Origin: Candidatus Fimousia sp.
GTDB taxonomy: Bacteria > Bacillota > Clostridia > Lachnospirales > Lachnospiraceae
Assembly (NCBI GenBank): GCA_045616445.1
Contig: JAZLGR010000017.1
Coordinates: forward strand, 2,202 to 66,201
Reading direction: 5' to 3'
Length of the DNA stretch: 64,000 bases
In this document: piece by piece, positions 38,032 to 44,844 of the stretch
Layout: each line of letters begins with the position of its first letter
Position numbering within the stretch: position 1 is the stretch's first letter
Made by a program: the position numbers and the translations under genes
Notes under the pieces: generated by a model
The model's database searches: none
The model's input: only the letters and a program-made list of their open reading frames with translations
What the model was told of the DNA's origin: nothing

Positions 38032-40164
38032 TTACATGGATTTTCTTTCTGCAATTTCTGCCATCTTGGCATCATTGAGTCTGGTATCACCTTTTACTCT
38101 GGAATAGGAAAGATATCCATTCATACGGTCGATCTTGGTCAGGTTTTTGCTGCCACACTTTGGACATACATCCATATTCAGCTCTTCGTGACCACAGTCA
38201 TCACAGTAAGCAAGGGATAAGTTCACACCTTCATAGAATCCCTTATCCATTGCACGACGAACCAGGGAGCGGATTGCTTCTTTATTATAGTCGATTGGAT
38301 ACTTCACATACTGGATTTTGCCGCCATTGCTCAGATCCCAGAATCGGCCTTCTAAATCCTGCTTCTGGATTGGAGAAATATCTTCTGTTACGTGACAATG
38401 GAAGCTATTGCTTACATATTCACGGTCAGATACATTCTCAATCACGCCATACTTCTTGCGGAACTGCTTCACCTGTAAACCACAGAGGTTTTCAGCAGGT
38501 GTTCCATAGATTGCATATAGATGTCCGTCTTCTTCCTTAAATCTGGTGATTTCTTTATTGATATATTCGAGAACCTCAATGGCAAACTGTCCATCTTCCA
38601 CAAGAGATTTCTTGTTGTGAAGCTGCTGAAGTTCATTGAGCGCAGTAATACCAAAGGATGCTGTTGCAGATTTTAATAACGGTTTGATCTTATCATGGAT
38701 ACCAAGGTTGCCACCTAAGAATCCGCCTTCGCAATACGCAAGTGGATTGGTGGATGCTTTCATCTCGCCAAGATAATCATAGGTACGGATATGAAGCTGA
38801 CGGCCAAGATTTAAATAGTAATCAAGCACTTCATAGAAATCCTTGCTTTCCTGTCTTGCCTTCGCATAGATCATAGGCAGATGTAAGCTGACTACCCCAA
38901 TGTTAAATCTTCCGACAAATACCGGTTTATCCTGATCATCTGCCGGATGGATGCCTCCTCGTTCATACCAAGGAGATAAGAATGCACGACATCCCATCGG
39001 ACTTACGATTTCGCCATACTGCTTATACATGGAAGCCACATAACCTTCTCCAGTCAGACTTAACCAGTCTGGATACATAGTCTTACTGGAGCACTCGATA
39101 CCTGCTTCGAATACATCTTCTAATTCCTTGCCAGGTCCGTGTAAGTTTTCATCATATAAGAATACTAATTTAGGGAATAATACCGGCTTTTTATGTCCTT
39201 CTCTTCCCTGTCCATTCTTGCGAACTTCCAGCATGATCTTGGTTGCCATCTTTTCAAATGGTTTTGTACCGTTACCAGCAGTCATTGTGATAAATGGATA
39301 ATCACCACGGCTGGAGGATACGGAGTTAAACTTATATTCTAATCCCTGGAAGCCCTGACGGAATTCGCGTTCCACATCTTTCATGGTTTCTTCTTTCGCG
39401 CGTTCGTCGCTTAATCCAAGGTCTGTATAACGCTTGTACATCTTCTCATAGGATTTTTCTGCATATGGGCATAAGATCTTTTCGATGTTTGGTACCGTAA
39501 ACCCGCCATACTGCTGGCTGGCTGCGCTAAGAACGATATCCCCGATTACATCAAAGGCAACATCTAAAGTCTTTGGCTCATTATACCAGAGGTTCCCCAT
39601 CTCAAATCCACCGTTCAATACATTCCCTACGTCGAAGAGACAGCAGTTCATGGTATCACGTCTTGCAGACATATCATGTACATAGATATATCCGTCACGG
39701 CATGCCTGTAACTCTTCTGTTGTCATAAAGAACTTCTGATACAGGGACTTGTTCAGTTCGTTGAATACCAGGCTTCGCTTTGTAGAAACAAGGGCACTGT
39801 CTGTGTTACTGTTCTCCTTGTCACCGATGTACATGATGGACTGGCTCTTCTTATATACATCATCTAACATAGCTACGAAGTCCTGCTTATAGTTACGGTA
39901 ATCACGGTAACTCTTTGCAACTTCCGGTCTGGTGTTCTCTAAGGCACCTTCTACGATATTATGCATCTCTAAGATATGGATTTCTTCTTTATCAAGCTCC
40001 ATGGCCTTCTTCTGTACGAATTCACAGATGAAATCTATATCTTCCGGTGTGAATGCCACCATGGCACGGTATGCAGATTTGTTGATTGCAACGATTACCT
40101 TCTGCACGTTGAATGCTTCTTTGGTACCATCTTTTTTGACTACTTTGATTTTCTCTAATTCCAT
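38032..40164 (-). CDS. nrdD: anaerobic ribonucleoside-triphosphate reductase
   Basis: N-terminal ATP-cone, C-terminal Zn ribbon CDDCGHE...CPKCGS and the glycyl-radical end RVKGDTRLNDA. Confidence 0.94.
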   Translation of the reverse strand: MELEKIKVVKKDGTKEAFNVQKVIVAINKSAYRAMVAFTPEDIDFICEFVQKKAMELDKEEIHILEMHNIVEGALENTRPEVAKSYRDYRNYKQDFVAMLDDVYKKSQSIMYIGDKENSNTDSALVSTKRSLVFNELNKSLYQKFFMTTEELQACRDGYIYVHDMSARRDTMNCCLFDVGNVLNGGFEMGNLWYNEPKTLDVAFDVIGDIVLSAASQQYGGFTVPNIEKILCPYAEKSYEKMYKRYTDLGLSDERAKEETMKDVEREFRQGFQGLEYKFNSVSSSRGDYPFITMTAGNGTKPFEKMATKIMLEVRKNGQGREGHKKPVLFPKLVFLYDENLHGPGKELEDVFEAGIECSSKTMYPDWLSLTGEGYVASMYKQYGEIVSPMGCRAFLSPWYERGGIHPADDQDKPVFVGRFNIGVVSLHLPMIYAKARQESKDFYEVLDYYLNLGRQLHIRTYDYLGEMKASTNPLAYCEGGFLGGNLGIHDKIKPLLKSATASFGITALNELQQLHNKKSLVEDGQFAIEVLEYINKEITRFKEEDGHLYAIYGTPAENLCGLQVKQFRKKYGVIENVSDREYVSNSFHCHVTEDISPIQKQDLEGRFWDLSNGGKIQYVKYPIDYNKEAIRSLVRRAMDKGFYEGVNLSLAYCDDCGHEELNMDVCPKCGSKNLTKIDRMNGYLSYSRVKGDTRLNDAKMAEIAERKSM

Positions 40165-40207
40165 TATTTGTCACCCCTTCATGTCTTTCACATATTGTTA
40201 TGGTAAT

Positions 40208-40223
40208 TCACAATATATTGTGA
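40208..40223. promoter_or_regulatory. NrdR box 1 (TCACAATATATTGTGA)
   Basis: Matches the NrdR consensus acaCwAtATaTwGtgt. Lies 44 nt upstream of the nrdD start. Confidence 0.65.
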
Positions 40224-40239
40224 AAAACAAATCTATAAA

Positions 40240-40255
40240 CTACATTATGTTGTGT
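40240..40255. promoter_or_regulatory. NrdR box 2 (CTACATTATGTTGTGT)
   Basis: A weaker match, 32 bp from box 1 (the usual tandem phasing). It overlaps a TTGAAC-16-TATAGA promoter for nrdD. Confidence 0.55.
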
Positions 40256-40391
40256 TCAAAATGATTATACACTATAATAGCATTAATTGATGGACACTTC
40301 AAGGATTGACTTTATTTTTCTATATTTTATACTATGTATAGACATACAATGCACACATTGTTTATATGAATATAGAAAAAGGGGTGTTACC

Positions 40392-40883
40392 ATGAATTAT
40401 CATAATATCACAAAAGATGATATGTTAAACGGCGACGGTCTCCGTGTTGTATTATGGACGGCCGGCTGTACTCATAAATGCAAAAACTGTCAGAATCCAA
40501 TTACCTGGGATATTAAAGGCGGGCTCCCATTTGACGAAGCTGCGAAGGAAGAAATCTTCACAGAGCTTGCCAAGGACTATGTGTCTGGATTAACTCTCTC
40601 CGGCGGTGATCCGCTCCATCCAGCAAACTGCCAGGCAGTAACAGATCTTTCTGCTCAGGTAAAAGAGTTATTCCCTTCAAAGACAATCTGGCTTTACACT
40701 GGATTTGACTGGGATGAGATCAGCACACTTCCGATCCTGTCCTACGTTGACGTCGTTGTTGATGGCAATTATATCGATGAACTCTCCGACACCAAGCTTC
40801 ACTGGCGCGGCAGCTCCAATCAGCACGTCATCGATGTGAAAAAATCCTTAGAAGAAGGTACTATTGTACTTCACTGTCAGTAG
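40392..40883 (+). CDS. nrdG: anaerobic ribonucleotide reductase activating protein (radical SAM)
   Basis: MNYHNITKDDMLNGDGLRVVLWTAGCTHKCKNCQNP. Start ATG 40392 behind AAAAGGGGTG; the track start 40287 lies in the promoter region. Confidence 0.9.
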   Translation: MNYHNITKDDMLNGDGLRVVLWTAGCTHKCKNCQNPITWDIKGGLPFDEAAKEEIFTELAKDYVSGLTLSGGDPLHPANCQAVTDLSAQVKELFPSKTIWLYTGFDWDEISTLPILSYVDVVVDGNYIDELSDTKLHWRGSSNQHVIDVKKSLEEGTIVLHCQ

Positions 40884-41265
40884 GCGTATAATCAGCACTC
40901 CCAAAAGGGAGTGCTTCTTTTTTTATCTCTACACTGATGCTCTGCTTCTTCTGATCCGGGCTTCTGTAACACTGCGTCACCTTCACCTGAAACATCCCCA
41001 ACAGACGGCTGGTCAAACCATATTCCGCTTTCAGGTCTCCCTCTGATGAAATCTCTTCCGATAACATCCATTCGAAATAGTCTCTCATCTCCCGATTGCT
41101 CATAAATCCATAGTTCTGATTCATGCAAAGGGTCTGGTCCACACAGTGGGAAACCACCTCATAGAGGTCAACCTCCCTCACCATGCGGGCAGACAGATTC
41201 ATATTGATATAAGCTCCGTAGATGATCAGCAGTAGAAAAGAAAATCCTAATACCAGTTGTTTCAA
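40861..41265 (-). CDS. Tad-locus protein, N-terminally membrane-anchored (TadE/TadG-like role inferred)
   Basis: 134 aa with N-terminal hydrophobic segment LVLGFSFLLLIIYGAYI. Last gene of the tightly packed operon. Its 3' end overlaps nrdG by 23 nt. Confidence 0.55.
   Translation of the reverse strand: MKQLVLGFSFLLLIIYGAYINMNLSARMVREVDLYEVVSHCVDQTLCMNQNYGFMSNREMRDYFEWMLSEEISSEGDLKAEYGLTSRLLGMFQVKVTQCYRSPDQKKQSISVEIKKEALPFGSADYTPTDSEVQ
40894..40925 (+). terminator. intrinsic terminator of nrdG (lies inside the last Tad-locus ORF)
   Basis: AGCACTCCC/GGGAGTGCT stem with an AAAA loop, followed by TCTTTTTTTT. Confidence 0.8.
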
Positions 41266-41275
41266 GTCTTATCTC

Positions 41276-41434
41276 TTATCCCGCTGCACCGGACTGGGCA
41301 AAGAACACTGACATAATATTCGTCAGCGCATCCTGCAGCTGCGGCGCAAAGGACTTAGATGCAAAGGCACAAATTGCCAGAACAATAATAACCGTTACAA
41401 CAACCGATCCATATTCCGCTACAAATTCTCTCAA
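41276..41434 (-). CDS. Flp-like mini-pilin 3 (52 aa)
   Basis: Absent from the track. The TTG start is 1 nt after the stop of the upstream gene, with AAAGGGG 7 nt upstream. Translation: MREFVAEYGSVVVTVIIVLAICAFASKSFAPQLQDALTNIMSVFFAQSGAAG. Confidence 0.6.
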   Translation of the reverse strand: MREFVAEYGSVVVTVIIVLAICAFASKSFAPQLQDALTNIMSVFFAQSGAAG

Positions 41435-41435
41435 A

Positions 41436-41798
41436 TTATATCCCCTTTCTTAATACTGAATATCCCACAACAGAATATTCTTTCGTTTCTTTCAAAAATG
41501 GCAGTGTGACGTGGTAAGTCAGGATCACCTGTGCCATGGGCTTCCCATCCCTCTCAAACCGTTTGGTAGAAAGTCCATAGTGGGCCCGTCTGGCTTCCTC
41601 TTCAAATTTCCTGCAGTTTTCCTCGGCATAATCCGAGTGTTCTAGCATGGACACCACCCTGTGGTGATACTGCTTAGCTGTCCCGACTGTCACAGCCGCA
41701 GCATAGACGGAAAATACCAGATTGACCCCGGCCACGATCAGTATCAGGCTGACTGCCATCTCTATCCCAATTCTCATACTCCTTCTCCCTGGATGCAT
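41436..41798 (-). CDS. Tad-locus protein, N-terminally membrane-anchored (pseudopilin/TadE-like role inferred)
   Basis: 120-aa ORF with hydrophobic segment IEMAVSLILIVAGVNLVFSVYAAAV. An alternative and better SD-supported start is ATG 41777 (MRIGIEM). Confidence 0.55.
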   Translation of the reverse strand: MHPGRRSMRIGIEMAVSLILIVAGVNLVFSVYAAAVTVGTAKQYHHRVVSMLEHSDYAEENCRKFEEEARRAHYGLSTKRFERDGKPMAQVILTYHVTLPFLKETKEYSVVGYSVLRKGI

Positions 41799-41808
41799 CC
41801 TTCTATTC

Positions 41809-42123
41809 TTAGTGCGTATATCCGGAGATTCCCTGCTTCATGACAAATCCAATCACAGGCAGGCTGACACGGTAACGAAGACTGACGAATGCGTCATCTC
41901 CCTCCTTCGCCACATAGATCTCATAGCCCTCCTTTATGCCTCTTTCGCAGACTTTGTCGATGACGTTCTCCCCGCAGTTCCCTTCTTCTAGTGTTTCGAT
42001 CACTTCCCGGTAGGTATGCCATGCGCGGTAGGTATCCACGCATATGCCATTCATCCCCACCATCAGGGTAAACAGGAATAACAGCAGAGAAAAGCCCGTC
42101 AGCACCGAGATCGGCAGCTTCAT
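41809..42123 (-). CDS. Tad-locus protein, N-terminally membrane-anchored
   Basis: 104 aa with N-terminal LPISVLTGFSLLLFLFTLMVGM. The ATG is 3 nt after the stop of mini-pilin 2. Confidence 0.55.
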   Translation of the reverse strand: MKLPISVLTGFSLLLFLFTLMVGMNGICVDTYRAWHTYREVIETLEEGNCGENVIDKVCERGIKEGYEIYVAKEGDDAFVSLRYRVSLPVIGFVMKQGISGYTH

Positions 42124-42126
42124 CTG

Positions 42127-42267
42127 TTATAACCCGCACAGTCCGGCGATAAAGTACTTCTCTACCACGCCAAAAATCGACATCAGCCTGTAGATTCCGC
42201 CAATTATGCCAGTTCCAATCAGAACTGCTGCCACGTATGCACCATATTCATCCAGTAACATCTTCAA
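42127..42267 (-). CDS. Flp-like mini-pilin 2 (46 aa from TTG 42267; 44 aa from ATG 42261)
   Basis: Absent from the track. GGAG lies 8 nt before the TTG. Translation: MKMLLDEYGAYVAAVLIGTGIIGGIYRLMSIFGVVEKYFIAGLCGL. Confidence 0.6.
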   Translation of the reverse strand: MKMLLDEYGAYVAAVLIGTGIIGGIYRLMSIFGVVEKYFIAGLCGL

Positions 42268-42287
42268 ATTCTCATCTCCAAAAAAAA

Positions 42288-42392
42288 TCAAAACAACGAC
42301 AATCCGGCCAGTACACGGTATCCTTCCACAATGGCCAGTGCGACGATAAAGAAAAAGATCGTCTCTCCATACATCTCAAAAAATGTCTTCAT
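42288..42392 (-). CDS. Flp-like mini-pilin 1 (34 aa)
   Basis: Absent from the track. The ATG overlaps the stop of the platform gene (ATGA). Translation: MKTFFEMYGETIFFFIVALAIVEGYRVLAGLSLF. Confidence 0.55.
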   Translation of the reverse strand: MKTFFEMYGETIFFFIVALAIVEGYRVLAGLSLF

Positions 42393-43738
42393 AAATTACT
42401 CCACAACTGAAACATCACGACAAATAGTACCGACATATCCATCATAATCTTGGCAGTGCCCAAAAACATGGGCATAAAAAAGAGAAATCCATAGGTTCCC
42501 AGCTCATCATCATTCTCCAGGCGTTCTGCCCGGTCTGTGAGAATGATATTGCGCTGCATGATTGCGCCCAGCTGAGTCTGGGCATCTTCTGTCCCCGTGT
42601 TGGTATAAGCATAGATCATCTTCATGGTGGAATGTACCTCCGGCACCGAAAGCTCCTTTAAAAAGTGATTATATGGCTTTATGGATACCGGATCCTCCAT
42701 AATCTCTTCTAACAGCCGGTTCATATCCACCTTCATCACCTCCGGCGTATCCGGAAGTGCTTCCAACAGACAGCGGTAAACATTATCTGAAGATAAGCGC
42801 AGGGTCATGGTACGGAGCCATCTTGGAAACTGCTTCTCCACTTCCCGCTCCAGGCGCTTCTTCGCCCTTGGATACTGGAGTGGATTGGCTCTCACATGAT
42901 TCCAGTCTTTCGCCATCTCTTCCTTCTTCATCGCCTTTGTTACGCCAAACCAGCTACCTCGCAGCTTCACCTGAGTGATGATATATAATGAATAGAATAA
43001 GAGGTATAAAAGGGTAGATGCCAACTGATATGGTGTACCCGCGAGGGGTGCACGCATAGCATCATTCTGGGTCAGCACGCGAAACAGGATGGTACAAAGG
43101 CCAAGAACAGCAAACATACTCAGTTCAATCTTCTTCTGCATCTGTCTGCGTTCCTTCTGGAAGAGATAAACCCTCTCCTTATAAAGCTTCAGATCTTCGA
43201 TCAGGGTGAATAACGCCCCCTGATACCGTCCGCCGAAGGCCTCCACACGGATAAAGAAATCATGCATGATCTTAAGCCGCTCACAGGGATATCTCTTCTC
43301 AAATCTGCGAAACACCCTCTCATAGGACAGGTCTTCCTCAGCGAATACTGCGTCGATCATTCCACTAATCTCCTCATGCAGCTGCCCTTCTGTGGCTTCA
43401 CAAACCTCCTCCAGGGCAGAAATAATCTTCGGATGCTTGCTAAATGCATACATCATCTGCTCCATATACTCTGTAACCATTGAAAAAAGGGATTGTTCGA
43501 ACAAATATCGAAACTGTTGAATAATAATGAAGGGAGTCATGATTACAATCGCACCGAGCAGGATGAAGATTCCTCCCATGGCCAGATAATTCAGCTTGCC
43601 AAGAAGTATGACCAACAGCATGGAGAGTATCAGCCGAAGCAGATAGCTCTTCAGGGAATAATGGAACCCATATTCCTCGATTCTTGTCGCTAAATGCTTA
43701 AAACGAATAGAACGGAATATAGATACCATGCTTCTCAA
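42389..43738 (-). CDS. two-domain GspF/PilC/TadB-TadC-like pilus platform membrane protein
   Basis: 449 aa with two successive units, each a cytoplasmic helical bundle plus TM helices. The second unit starts near QFPRWLRTMTLRLSSDNVYRCLLEALPDTPE, which fits the T2SSF template. It overlaps the ATPase gene by 41 nt. Confidence 0.7.
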   Translation of the reverse strand: MRSMVSIFRSIRFKHLATRIEEYGFHYSLKSYLLRLILSMLLVILLGKLNYLAMGGIFILLGAIVIMTPFIIIQQFRYLFEQSLFSMVTEYMEQMMYAFSKHPKIISALEEVCEATEGQLHEEISGMIDAVFAEEDLSYERVFRRFEKRYPCERLKIMHDFFIRVEAFGGRYQGALFTLIEDLKLYKERVYLFQKERRQMQKKIELSMFAVLGLCTILFRVLTQNDAMRAPLAGTPYQLASTLLYLLFYSLYIITQVKLRGSWFGVTKAMKKEEMAKDWNHVRANPLQYPRAKKRLEREVEKQFPRWLRTMTLRLSSDNVYRCLLEALPDTPEVMKVDMNRLLEEIMEDPVSIKPYNHFLKELSVPEVHSTMKMIYAYTNTGTEDAQTQLGAIMQRNIILTDRAERLENDDELGTYGFLFFMPMFLGTAKIMMDMSVLFVVMFQLWSNL

Positions 43739-44657
43739 ATTTCTCCCGGAGATTCTCTGGAAGATTGATCAGATTCATCTCATCTTCGTCGCACAAGATA
43801 CGTACCTGGCCTGTCACCTTGTCAAATGCACCGATCTGGGCGATAAACCGACTATGATCCCGCCTCTGACAGACCATAATGGCTATGTCAAGAAAGCCAA
43901 ATACGTCTCTTCGAATTCGCTCTGCAGTCAGACTGTCTGCTACCATATTGACAATACGGTCCGGTATCTTGCGCACATCATCGGTATGGACGGTAGTAAT
44001 ACAGTAATGTCCCGTGGTCAGGGATTCCATCAGATGTCTCACTTCATCTCCCCTCGCTTCCGAGAGTAGAATCCAGTCCGGCATCTGTCTCAAACTGGCC
44101 TTGATCGCCTGGGTATAGGTAAAATGATTCTCATCTACCTTCAGTTCCACACTGTCCCTGTCTGGATGAATGCTGCTAAAATGGATCTCTAAATTATCTT
44201 CAATGGTAATGACACGGTCACGCTCCGGAATATAATTGGTCAGAAATTTCAGTAACTCTGTCTTACCGCTTCCTGTCTGTCCGCAGATGACGATATTCAT
44301 ATGTGCCATGACGCACTGCTTCAGAAAATCCAGTTCCTGCTGGCTGCAATAGCACTGTGATATTAAGTTTTCTTCTTTTAGTCGTTGAATTGGTGGTGAT
44401 TTTCGAATAGAAATAGATCTACCACTCCTTGCATAGGCCTCATGAATGATAGAAATCCTCAAGCCGTTAGCCTCCGCCTCCAAGAGTGGCATATGCTTGT
44501 TGAAATTAAGACTGACAACATTGCTTACGTGGGAAGTAAACTGATTGATAAATGCTGTCTCTAAGAAAATGTCAGGAGAATATCTCCCCTTCGTCAGATG
44601 TTCGATCCAGAGCCTCCGCCCATTCCAGTTAATGTCGGTGATTTCCTCGTCCATCAC
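43698..44657 (-). CDS. CpaF/TadA/VirB11-type secretion ATPase (short form); coding region probably extends to about 44708
   Basis: Walker A GQTGSGKT, Asp box VITIEDNLE, Walker B DWILLSEARG, His box ITTVHTDD. The in-frame upstream sequence YLSEEQFGPLYPFV looks like the conserved GPL-x-P-L motif, but no ATG/GTG/TTG is available there. Confidence 0.8.
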   Translation of the reverse strand: MMDEEITDINWNGRRLWIEHLTKGRYSPDIFLETAFINQFTSHVSNVVSLNFNKHMPLLEAEANGLRISIIHEAYARSGRSISIRKSPPIQRLKEENLISQCYCSQQELDFLKQCVMAHMNIVICGQTGSGKTELLKFLTNYIPERDRVITIEDNLEIHFSSIHPDRDSVELKVDENHFTYTQAIKASLRQMPDWILLSEARGDEVRHLMESLTTGHYCITTVHTDDVRKIPDRIVNMVADSLTAERIRRDVFGFLDIAIMVCQRRDHSRFIAQIGAFDKVTGQVRILCDEDEMNLINLPENLREKFEKHGIYIPFYSF

Positions 44658-44740
44658 AAAGGGATAAAGGGGACCAAACTGTTCCTCCGATAAATAGTAA
44701 TTTGTTATATAACCTTCCTCCTTTCTCTTGATATGGTACT

Positions 44741-44769
44741 ATTATACCTATATTGGTAATTACTGTCAA
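44741..44769 (-). promoter_or_regulatory. consensus sigma-A type promoter of the Tad-like operon
   Basis: The minus strand reads TTGACA (44769..44764), an exact 17-nt spacer and TATAAT (44746..44741). GGAGG SD lies at 44721..44717. Confidence 0.7.
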
Positions 44770-44772
44770 TTA

Positions 44773-44814
44773 TAAAAAAGAAAAAATTGCACACCCTAAG
44801 GCAGAGTGTGCAAT
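44773..44814 (-). terminator. intrinsic terminator after the aminotransferase gene
   Basis: ATTGCACAC/GTGTGCAAT stem followed by a long U-run. It ends 4 nt upstream of the Tad promoter -35. Confidence 0.8.
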
Positions 44815-44844
44815 CCTACTTCTATTTCTATTTTATCCTCTTAA

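Noticed and set aside
40861-44657. Interpretation of the operon as a ComG-type competence pseudopilus (ATPase, platform and five small proteins).
   Set aside because: None of the small proteins has the G-F-T-L-x-E class III prepilin motif of ComGC-GG. The YG-plus-hydrophobic-helix mini-proteins of 34-52 aa fit Flp-type subunits better.
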